Made by a program: the position numbers and the translations under genes. Positions 24,961-33,287 of a stretch of DNA of 64,000 nucleotides are shown here, piece by piece. The notes under the pieces were generated by a model. It was given only the letters and a program-made list of their open reading frames with translations. It had not been told where the DNA came from and did not search any database. The first letter of the stretch is position 1. Each line of letters begins with the position of its first letter. Source of the stretch: Gemmatimonadaceae bacterium (GTDB lineage: Bacteria > Gemmatimonadota > Gemmatimonadetes > Gemmatimonadales > Gemmatimonadaceae); contig DASSNU010000015.1 of NCBI GenBank assembly GCA_035701265.1, positions 8,393 through 72,392 on the forward strand, read 5' to 3'.

Positions 24961-25205
24961 TCCGAAGCGGAGAGCGGGGTCCGAAGCGGAGAGCGGGGTC
25001 CGGAGAGGAGAGCGGGGTCCGGGGCGCCGCCAGGCCTCTGGGGCGCCGAGAAGCCTCTGGGGCGCCGAGAAGCCTCCGGGGCGCCGAGAGGCCTCCGGAG
25101 CGGAGAGAGGGGTTGTGAGAAGAGAGGGCGAACCGGGGAGGAGCGGCTGCCCGGACAGGAGAGGGTAGCCCGGACAGGTGAGGGTAGCCCGGACAGGAGA
25201 GGGTG
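24961..25205. repeat. Three adjacent families of 19-bp tandem repeats (3-4 copies each)
   Basis: Family A (tccgaagcggagagcgggg) starts at 24961, 24980 and 24999. Family B (gggcgccgagaagcctctg) starts at 25022, 25041, 25060 and 25079. Family C (gcccggacaggagagggta) starts at 25149, 25168 and 25187. A 19-nt period is not a multiple of 3. Confidence 0.9.
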
Positions 25206-25561
25206 GTTGTGACAGGGTGGACTGGTGACGAGGCGGGCGCAGACGGGCGCCAGGTAGGCGATCGCCGCCCCTTCCGCCATGTCTTCCGCGCCTCACGCCG
25301 GGAGTCGGGTGCATGCCGCCACCAGATGCGTGACCGGAGGGATATGCAAAGGGTCAGTGTCGCGCCCCGCAGGGGAGCCGCCCCTCCCGCTCACGCACTC
25401 GGCACACCCCTCACAACTCCCCTCGAACTCGAGCACCGAGAGTGGCGCCACGCGGGAGAGCTCCTCACACAGTCCCGCCCCAACGATCGAGCGGCCGTCC
25501 CATCTCGATCGAGATGGGACGGCCGCCGGTTGGGCTCCCCCAAGGGAGCGTGGGTTCCGTG

Positions 25562-25738
25562 GAGTGGAGGCCTGGGGTTCCGGGCCGTGCTGCTGTACAG
25601 TGCGCCTATCCCTTCCTGCTTGCTCTTCCTGTGCCGCGTTCCAGTCCTACTTGCCTGTCCTTTACCGCGTTCCCGAAAAGACCGGTGAAAGGTTGACTGA
25701 TGAGTGGAGGCCTGAGGTTCCGGGCCGTGCTGCGTACA
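25562..25738. repeat. About 38-bp direct repeat, two copies 140 bp apart (gagtggaggcctg(g/a)ggttccgggccgtgctgc(t)gtaca)
   Basis: Copy 1 is 25562-25599 and copy 2 is 25702-25738. They differ by one substitution and one 1-nt indel. Both lie just downstream of the lipoprotein gene stop at 25773. Confidence 0.8.
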
Positions 25739-25772
25739 TCCATGGTACCTGCTGGCGCGTCACCGCCGAGTG

Positions 25773-27113
25773 TTACGGCTGCGTCACGCCGATCTCGTAC
25801 GTCACGTTCGACCAGAGCGTGCTCATGGTCTTCCGCGACCCGTTGTTGAAGAACCCGAACATGAAGCTCCGCGAGTGGCTCACGTCTCCCTGCGACGTCC
25901 AGGGGTCGTTCGGCAGCGCGCTGTAGCTCACCGTGAGCGCGGGGGTGGTGGAGAAGCCGATGAAGAGCTGCACCGACGTGTTCCCGTTCTTCACGATGCG
26001 CAGCTGATCGTTGCTCGTGAACGACGACGTGCTGATCTGGCCGCCCACCTGGTTCAGATTCCCGTCAATGAAGTACGTGTTCTTCTGTCCGATGGCCAGG
26101 AGGATCAGCTTGTTCTGGTCCGTCATCCCGATGAGCCCGACCTGTTGATCGCTGTTGGCGCCGTACGAGCCACTGTATGAGAAGGCGATGTACGCGTTCT
26201 GGCTGGTGCCCAGCGAATCGCTGCGGTAGTAGAGCAGCTCCGCCTGGTCGCTGCTGCGGTTCGTGTCCTCCACCTTGAGGCAGCGCGAGGCGAAGAGCGG
26301 GCAGCCGGAGGTGACGATGCTCCCCCTGGTGGTGCCGACGTCCACCGTCTTCCAGAACGGCTCGGTGCCGTTGTCGGGGAGCGAATCGGGGCGGTAGTCC
26401 ACCTTCCAGCGCGACTCCTGCGGCGCCTGCCATGCGGCGCTCAGCGCGATGCCGAACGAGTACCGCTTGATCGCCGTGTCCACCACGAAGGTGATGTTCT
26501 GCGCTCGCGAGAGGTCGGTGCCGGAGTTGGCCACGCCGTCGCTCTTTGCCAGGACGTCGTTGAAGAACCAGTACGGCTGCGCGGTGGGCGTGGTGAACGA
26601 CGCCGACCCGTGCTGCTGCGAGACGGTGATCCGGCAGCCGGCCGTGTTGGCCACGCAGCCGGAGGTTGCCACCGGCATGGTGGTGAGGAACGCGAACTCG
26701 CCGAGCGTGTCGCGCGCCGTCGCGGCATTCCCCGCCTGCGAGGTGCCGACGGCGAAGCTCAGCAGGTTCTCCACGCGCATGGTCATCGGCAGCTTCCACT
26801 GCCCCTGCGCGTTGATCGTCGCCGGCGACGCCATGGCGAAGCGGAAGGCAGCCTGCTGCTTGGTGCCGTAGATCTGCCGGTTGCTGCCGGCGCTCGCCGA
26901 CATGTTGTCGATCGGCGTGGTGGTCACCGTGCCGCTGGCGACGTCCACGTCTACGCGATACATGCCGGTGATCTCCTGCTCGGCCGCAGGGGTGCCGGGA
27001 AGATCGGGCTGCGTGAGCGGCGCGACGATGGAGTCGCTGCTGCAAGCGGTGCTCGCCAGGAGGGCGACCATCGCTGTAACGATACCGGCACGCTTCAGAG
27101 TCAGGCTGAACAT
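25773..27113 (-). CDS. Secreted lipoprotein of unknown function
   Basis: 446 aa. MFSLTLKRAGIVTAMVALLASTAC is a signal peptide with a lipobox. The mature part is Ser/Thr/Asn/Gln-rich and Arg-poor, with beta-rich character. I recognised no catalytic motif. Confidence 0.72.
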   Translation of the reverse strand: MFSLTLKRAGIVTAMVALLASTACSSDSIVAPLTQPDLPGTPAAEQEITGMYRVDVDVASGTVTTTPIDNMSASAGSNRQIYGTKQQAAFRFAMASPATINAQGQWKLPMTMRVENLLSFAVGTSQAGNAATARDTLGEFAFLTTMPVATSGCVANTAGCRITVSQQHGSASFTTPTAQPYWFFNDVLAKSDGVANSGTDLSRAQNITFVVDTAIKRYSFGIALSAAWQAPQESRWKVDYRPDSLPDNGTEPFWKTVDVGTTRGSIVTSGCPLFASRCLKVEDTNRSSDQAELLYYRSDSLGTSQNAYIAFSYSGSYGANSDQQVGLIGMTDQNKLILLAIGQKNTYFIDGNLNQVGGQISTSSFTSNDQLRIVKNGNTSVQLFIGFSTTPALTVSYSALPNDPWTSQGDVSHSRSFMFGFFNNGSRKTMSTLWSNVTYEIGVTQP

Positions 27114-28013
27114 GGCGAGCTCTCTTTCCTTGGTGCCGCCGGCCGAGTGTGTCCGGCAGCCTCCCGTCCCGACCTGGTGCCTTGGGACGTGGCGACAAGT
27201 TAGGGGTGGTCAATCATCGTGAAAACGCCCTAACATGACTGATTTCCAATGCGCAAGTCACAACTTCCGGCGCACGACAGAGCGCCGCGGATCACTCGCG
27301 TAACTAGCTGATACAGGGTAGGTTGTGACGCAGGAGCGCGAGACGCCTCCGGGCAGACGGACCCTCGACTCGTCGTGCCGGTCAGATGGGCCGCCGCATT
27401 CCGGTTAGAGCGACTCTAATCCACCGGTGGCGTGTGGGAGGTCGTCAACAACATTTCTTTGCAACCGGCTCGATCATCACGACCGAATCCGCCCTCCGTG
27501 CCCACTCTGCCGTCGCAAAATCACGCGCGCAGAAGCGGGGCGAGTGTGGGGGGGAGGGGGCAGCGCGCGTACCGCGGAGCGGTGGCGTCCTCCGAAAAGC
27601 GATCGACGCTGGATCGCCGGTACGAAGGAAGCCGCGCGGCGGCGAGCGATCGGGTACAAACCATGCACTGGGGCGCCACACTTGGGCGCCAATAGATCAC
27701 GCCGGCGAATCTCGCTCGAGGCGTGTCGGTGCGATCCGGAGGCCCTGGCGGTGGCAGGTTGTGGGTGGTGGATCACGTGGCCGGCAGTGGCGCGCGGATG
27801 TGACGAGACGGTACCGATCTCGTCCCATTCTGAGCGCGCACGGCGTGTGGCGGCCGCCGAGTCTCACGGCGTGTGACGCTTGTGTCGCACGGACTGAGCA
27901 GTTCTTATTCACTGCGTTCGCGGCGCCGCCCGATCCGGGCGATGTGACGCATCGGCGAACGCTCCGCGGGGACACTCTGTCCTTTCTCGAGTCTTCACAG
28001 CGAGCGACGTAGC

Positions 28014-30050
28014 TTGGGCCGCCTTCGAAATCGGCATCTCCTTCTCCTCGACGCCGCGCTGATCGCCGCCACGGCGATCGTGGCGTACGCGCTGCGTTTC
28101 GAGGGATTCAACTGGTCGCGCTTCGAGACGTCCGCGGCCCTCCTTTATACCGCGCTCTCCGTCGTGGTATGGATCGGCGTGCTGCTGGCGGCCGGGCTGT
28201 ACCGCCGGCTCTGGCGGCACGCAAGCGTGGTGGAGCTCGAGCACATCCTGCTCGCCGGCCTCTCCGCCGGCGCGGTGTGCTTCGCGCTCGGCGCGATCGT
28301 GATCCCGGGGCTGGGGATCTCCCAGGCGCGCGTCCCCCTGTCGGTGCTCTCGCTGCACGTCTTCTTCGCGCTCACCGTCGTGGCGGCGCCGCGGATGGCG
28401 CTCCGCGTGCTGGGCGCGCGCAGCCAGCGGCGGCGGAGGAGCGACGACCGCCGGGCGCTGGTGGTCGGCGCCGGCGCGGCGGGACAGTTGATCGCGCGCG
28501 AGCTGCTGGCACACCCGCAGCTCGGGCTCAATCCGATCGGCTTCGTGGACGACGATCCGCGCACGCACAACCTGCGGCTGCACGACCGTCCCGTGTTCGG
28601 CCCGCTGTCGGACATCCCCGAGGTAGTACACCGCCACGACGTGGGGGAGATCGTCATCGCGATGCCGAGCGCGCCGGGACACGTGGTGCGCGAGGTGCTG
28701 CGTCTGGCCCAGCTCGCGCGCGTGCCGACGCGCACGGTGCCCGGGCTGTACGAGATTCTGAGCGGGCGCGTGGGGGTCTCGAGTCTGCGCCAGGTGCAGA
28801 TCGAGGATCTCTTGCGGCGCGAGCCGGTGCGCACCGATCTCGCGTCGGTGCGCGCGCTGGTTGTGGGGCGCACGGTGCTGGTGACCGGCGCGGGCGGATC
28901 CATAGGGAGTGAGCTGTGCCGTCAGCTGGCGCAGCTCGATCCGGGGACGCTCGTGGTGCTGGGACACGGGGAGAACTCGATCTTCACCATCCTGCACGAG
29001 CTGCGCGAGCAGTTCCCCGGGTTGGCGGTGGTGCCGGTGATCGCCGACGTGCGCGACCGGATGCGTATACGCCGCGTGTTCGAGCAGCACGCGCCGCAGG
29101 TGGTGTTCCACGCCGCGGCGCACAAGCACGTGCCGCTCATGGAGCACAACGTGGTGGAGGCGATCACGAACAACGTGCAGGGGACGCGGAACGTGGCGGA
29201 CGCGGCAGCCGCGGTCGGCACGGAGCACTTCGTCCTCATCTCCACCGACAAGGCGGTGCGTCCCACCAGCGTGATGGGGGCGAGCAAGCGCGCCGCCGAG
29301 CTGGTGGTGCAGAGCGCGGCGGCCGCGTCGGGGCGGAACTTCGTGTCGGTGCGCTTCGGGAACGTGCTGGGGAGCCGCGGGAGCGTGGTCCCCACCTTCC
29401 TGCGGCAGATCCGCGCGGGCGGCCCGGTGACCGTCACGCACCCGGAGATGCGCCGCTACTTCATGACGATCCCGGAGTCGGTGCAGCTCGTGTTGCAGGC
29501 CGCGGCGCTGGGGCGCGGCGGGGAGGTGTTCGTGCTGGACATGGGCGATCCGGTGCGGATCATCGACCTGGCCACCGATCTCGTGCGCCTGTCCGGACTG
29601 GAGGTCGGTACGGACATCGAGATCCGCTGCACCGGCGTGCGTCCCGGGGAGAAGCTGTACGAGGAGATGTTCTTCTCCGAGGAGAACGCCACGCCCACGG
29701 AGCATCCCAAGGTGCTCCGCGCGCGGAACGCCGTGGCGTCACCCGATGTGGCGTCGCTCATCGACGACCTGATCGACGCCACCGAGACCGGCGCCAAGGC
29801 GGACCGGTCGCTCCGCCAGATGCTGGCCTCGATCGTCCCCGACTACGTGCCCGACGGATCGCCGGCGGCGGTGCCGGACGCGCCAGCGGATGAGGACGGG
29901 GACGAGGACGAACGCGCCGCGCAGGCGCCTGCGGCCGGCATGTCGACCGGGGCGGTGGTCGCGCCGGGCAACGGGCAGATTTCGGCGGAGTCGAGTCGAA
30001 CCGCAGTGAGCGCGCCAGGGTTGGTGGTACCCGCCCCCGCGCCGGACTGA
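28014..30050 (+). CDS. Membrane-anchored UDP-sugar 4,6-dehydratase (CapD/WbpM/PglF family)
   Basis: Four N-terminal TM segments are followed by a pseudo-Rossmann region (RALVVGAGAAGQLIAREL). The SDR domain has VLVTGAGGSIGSELCRQL, STDKAV and MGASKR. TTG start. The C-terminal tail is acidic and low-complexity. Confidence 0.9.
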   Translation: MGRLRNRHLLLLDAALIAATAIVAYALRFEGFNWSRFETSAALLYTALSVVVWIGVLLAAGLYRRLWRHASVVELEHILLAGLSAGAVCFALGAIVIPGLGISQARVPLSVLSLHVFFALTVVAAPRMALRVLGARSQRRRRSDDRRALVVGAGAAGQLIARELLAHPQLGLNPIGFVDDDPRTHNLRLHDRPVFGPLSDIPEVVHRHDVGEIVIAMPSAPGHVVREVLRLAQLARVPTRTVPGLYEILSGRVGVSSLRQVQIEDLLRREPVRTDLASVRALVVGRTVLVTGAGGSIGSELCRQLAQLDPGTLVVLGHGENSIFTILHELREQFPGLAVVPVIADVRDRMRIRRVFEQHAPQVVFHAAAHKHVPLMEHNVVEAITNNVQGTRNVADAAAAVGTEHFVLISTDKAVRPTSVMGASKRAAELVVQSAAAASGRNFVSVRFGNVLGSRGSVVPTFLRQIRAGGPVTVTHPEMRRYFMTIPESVQLVLQAAALGRGGEVFVLDMGDPVRIIDLATDLVRLSGLEVGTDIEIRCTGVRPGEKLYEEMFFSEENATPTEHPKVLRARNAVASPDVASLIDDLIDATETGAKADRSLRQMLASIVPDYVPDGSPAAVPDAPADEDGDEDERAAQAPAAGMSTGAVVAPGNGQISAESSRTAVSAPGLVVPAPAPD

Positions 30051-30211
30051 GCGTCACTCTCCTCGCTACCGGAGCGGGCTGGGCTTCACGTCCGGAGCCA
30101 GGCTGGGCGACGGTTGCGTGGCGGGCCTTGAGCGTCGAGTCAGCGCAGGACCGCGCGTGGATCGAGCGGCCGTAGGCGCGGCGGGCGCGCGACATGTATA
30201 CTTGAGGCTCC

Positions 30212-31735
30212 ATGCGCCGACCCTCCCTGGGCGCCGAAGCCGAAGCAGGCGCCATCCATCTGCGAAAGTCCCTCCCCCTGGCCGCCGCCATCCGCTGGAC
30301 TCCGGATGACGGGCACGGCGACCCGGCGTGGGACCGCTACGATGTGTTCATCACGCAGGATGCCCTGCGCGGGGTGGACCGGCACGTGTGGACCGCCCCC
30401 GACCGGGAGCTGCTCGGCTTTCTGCTGGGCGACCTGTACGAGTGTCCGGAGAGTGGGGAGGTCTACGTCATCGTGCACGCCGTGGTGCGCACGGAGCACG
30501 AGATCGACGAGGAGGCGGTGGAGCAGATTCCGGAGCAGGTGTGGCGGGACACGATGACGGCAGTGCGGACGCGGCGGGCGCGGGTGGTCGGTTGGTATCG
30601 CAGTGCGCCGTACGTCGGCCAGGCGCCCACCGCGGCGGACGTGGCCACGCACCGGTCGCGCTTTCCCGAGCCGTGGCAGGTGGGGCTGGTGGTGGCCACC
30701 TCCGGTCCGCCGGCGGGCGCGGTCTTTCGCGTGGTCGAGGGAGCGGCCGGTGGGGGAAGCGCGGCTCGTGGGGTCGCAGCCGCCGGCGCGGGCACCGGCG
30801 CCGGTGCCGGCGCGGCGGGTGGCGAGGGGAGCGACTCTCTGGGCGCTGCGGCTTCGCTGGGTGTGCTGGGCGGTTCGCGCGGGATCTTCTCTCCTTTCCT
30901 GGAGCTGCTGCACAAGGATGCGCTCCCTGAGGGAGACGGTCCCAAGTCGAGCGTGATCGACTGGGAGAACTACGTGGCCGGGGAGCCGGTGCGCGTGGTG
31001 GAGAGCGTGCAGAAGGTGCGGACCGCTGCCGCCGGGCGGAGCGCGACGGGCGCCACAGGTGCCGCGGGTGCGGGCGGCGCCGTTCCGGCCGCGGTGGCGC
31101 GCGGGACGATCACCGGTTCGCCGGGGATTCTGATCCCGACCGGTGCCGATCATCCTGTCGTTCCGCCGAGTGCTCCCCAGCGGCGTCGTCCGATCTTTCC
31201 GGTCATCGGATACGTGCTGGCGACGATCGCCGTGCTGGTGGGTGCGGTGATGCTGGCGAGGCGCGTGGTGCCCGCGCTCGAACCCGACGGGGGTGGGGCG
31301 CGGCGCGTGACTGCGGCGCACGAGAGCGGCGCGGGCGCGGTACCGGGCGCGCCGGCTGGCACGGGCGCACAGCCGGGAGCACCGGGGCTCGGCGCGACGC
31401 CGGGAGTGGCAGGTGGCACCCCCGGTGCGGCGCTCCAGCCGTCCGGCGCGAGCGCGGCGGCCATTCGTCGTTTCTCGCTGGCGGCCGACTCGCTGTCGCG
31501 CGCGGTGACGAACTACCAGGCGCGCGCGGAGGATTTTCGTCTGCACCGGATCGCGTGCTCGCAGCTCGCCACCGGCTACCGGTTGGCGGACGAGCAGTTT
31601 CAGACCGTAGCGAGTGTGTATGGCGAGGTGCGCGATTCTCTCCTGGCGCCGCAGCACGGGCGATACCAGCAGATCGTGGACAGCGTGGCGGTGCTGAACC
31701 AGCAGTTCGACGCCTCGGGCTGTCCGCGACCGTAG
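30212..31735 (+). CDS. Hypothetical protein: N-terminal degenerate MPN/JAB-like domain, low-complexity linker, one TM segment, C-terminal domain of unknown function
   Basis: RELLGFLLGDLYE...VVGWYRSAPYVG aligns to the MPN E...GWYHSHP pattern but lacks both His residues. The TM segment is IFPVIGYVLATIAVLVGAVMLA. GAGG lies 4 nt before the ATG, and TATACT lies upstream. Confidence 0.5.
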   Translation: MRRPSLGAEAEAGAIHLRKSLPLAAAIRWTPDDGHGDPAWDRYDVFITQDALRGVDRHVWTAPDRELLGFLLGDLYECPESGEVYVIVHAVVRTEHEIDEEAVEQIPEQVWRDTMTAVRTRRARVVGWYRSAPYVGQAPTAADVATHRSRFPEPWQVGLVVATSGPPAGAVFRVVEGAAGGGSAARGVAAAGAGTGAGAGAAGGEGSDSLGAAASLGVLGGSRGIFSPFLELLHKDALPEGDGPKSSVIDWENYVAGEPVRVVESVQKVRTAAAGRSATGATGAAGAGGAVPAAVARGTITGSPGILIPTGADHPVVPPSAPQRRRPIFPVIGYVLATIAVLVGAVMLARRVVPALEPDGGGARRVTAAHESGAGAVPGAPAGTGAQPGAPGLGATPGVAGGTPGAALQPSGASAAAIRRFSLAADSLSRAVTNYQARAEDFRLHRIACSQLATGYRLADEQFQTVASVYGEVRDSLLAPQHGRYQQIVDSVAVLNQQFDASGCPRP

Positions 31736-31898
31736 CGCGGAGCGTCGCGCCGGCGCGTGGTGGCGTGCGGAGCCGGCGTCGCGGCGGCATTCTGCGATTG
31801 CGTCGCGGCGGCATTCTGCGATTGCGTCGCGACGGCATTCTGCGGCGGAGCCGTGGCGGTAGCGCGGCGGTAGTCGCTTCCTGCACAGTGGGCTTGCG

Positions 31899-33287
31899 AT
31901 GAGCGGCACACTCGTACTCTTGCTGGCCGTGGCGGTCGCCTACCTGGCGGCGCGTATTGCCTTCGATTGGCTTGCGCGGCGCTTTCTCATTGTCTCCGGC
32001 GCGGAGTACCTGCTGCTTGGCATCCTGCTGGGGCCGCAGGTGTCCGGCGTGCTGTCGGCCGGGGTGCTGGAAGGGTTCTCGCCACTCATCATTCTCGCGC
32101 TCGGATGGATCGGCGCGATCGTGGGGACGCAGTTCTATCTGCGCGGGCTGGTGCGGATTCCCGGCATCGCGTATCGGCTCGCGTTCGTGGAGGGGGTGGC
32201 CACGTTCGTGTTCGTGAGCGGGCTGGAGTGGTTCCTGCTCGCGCGCGCGTTCGAGCTCACGTCGCGCGATGCCATCGTGCCCGCTGTCGGGCTCGGCGCG
32301 ATCGCGGTGGTGTCGGCGCCGGCCGGGATCGAGGTGGTGAGCCGCCAGTTGGGGCGGCGCGTTCCGGTGGTGCGGCAGCTACAGGTGACGACGGCGATCG
32401 ATGCGCTGGTCGGAATCTGCGCGCTCGGGCTGCTCTACTGCGTGTACCATGCGACGCCGCCGGCGGCATCGCGCGTCGTGACGCCCACCGAGTGGGCGGT
32501 GATCACGCTCGGGATCGGGCTGGTGGGCGGGATGCTCTTCCATCTCTTCCTGGGATCCGAGCGCGGGAGCGACCGGCTGTTCATCTCGCTGGCGGGCGCG
32601 GTGGTGCTCATCAGCGGCGCGGCGGCCTCGCTCCATCTCTCGCCACTGCTCGCGGCGATGGTGCTGGGAGCGACGCTCATCAACACCTCGGCGAACCGGA
32701 CCGAGATCGCGACCACACTGTCGAACGCGGAGCGTCCGTTCTATTTCGTGCTGCTCGTGTTCGCCGGGGCGATGTGGCAACCGCGGTGGAGTGGGTGGTG
32801 GATCGTCCCCGTGCTGCTCTTTCTCGTGGCGCGCGCGCTGGGGAAGGTGGCGAGCGCGCGGCTGTCGTCGCGGTTGAACGGCGCGCTGGCCATGACCGGG
32901 AGCTACTGGGGGCGGGCATTGCTCGGCCAGGGAGGATTGGCGGTGGCGCTCGCGCTGGACTATCACGGCTTTCAGGGGGGACGCGGTGACGTGGTGTTCG
33001 GTGCGGCGATCGCGTCGGTGTTGCTGACGGACATCGCGTCCGCGCGCTTCGTGAAGTCGGTCGTGGCGCCGATGGTGCGCGAGCCTGCGCGCGGGGACCG
33101 GCGGCGGGGGCGGCCCGGGCTTGGCGAAGGGGCGTGGGAGGACGTGGATGGTTCCGACGGCGCCGCCGGCGCGGGCCGCGCGAGCGGTGCGGTGGCTGGG
33201 GCGGGGGATGGTGCCGGCGATGGTGTGCCGGGCGCGGCGGACGGGATGGCGTCTCCACGCCCGGGTGCGAGGGAGTCCGAGCGATGA
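31899..33287 (+). CDS. Cation:proton antiporter (CPA/Na+-H+ exchanger family)
   Basis: 462 aa and polytopic. The N-terminus, GAEYLLLGILLGPQVSG, is typical of Kef/NhaP-type exchangers. The C-terminal tail is Gly/Ala/Asp-rich. Confidence 0.75.
   Translation: MSGTLVLLLAVAVAYLAARIAFDWLARRFLIVSGAEYLLLGILLGPQVSGVLSAGVLEGFSPLIILALGWIGAIVGTQFYLRGLVRIPGIAYRLAFVEGVATFVFVSGLEWFLLARAFELTSRDAIVPAVGLGAIAVVSAPAGIEVVSRQLGRRVPVVRQLQVTTAIDALVGICALGLLYCVYHATPPAASRVVTPTEWAVITLGIGLVGGMLFHLFLGSERGSDRLFISLAGAVVLISGAAASLHLSPLLAAMVLGATLINTSANRTEIATTLSNAERPFYFVLLVFAGAMWQPRWSGWWIVPVLLFLVARALGKVASARLSSRLNGALAMTGSYWGRALLGQGGLAVALALDYHGFQGGRGDVVFGAAIASVLLTDIASARFVKSVVAPMVREPARGDRRRGRPGLGEGAWEDVDGSDGAAGAGRASGAVAGAGDGAGDGVPGAADGMASPRPGARESER

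Noticed and set aside
24961-25205. CRISPR array.
   Set aside because: The repeats are directly abutting 19-mers with no unique spacers. Three different consensus units sit side by side, and there are no cas genes in the window.
24763-25314. Repeat-containing protein ORFs across the tandem-repeat tract (183 aa on the minus strand; 105 to 120 aa ORFs in other frames and on both strands).
   Set aside because: A 19-nt period shifts the frame at every unit, so the apparent peptide repeats arise in all frames. There is no start context or coding bias.
27386-28012. 208-aa plus-strand ORF in the long intergenic region.
   Set aside because: It has Arg/Gly-rich composition, no motif, poor third-position bias by eye and no ribosome-binding site.
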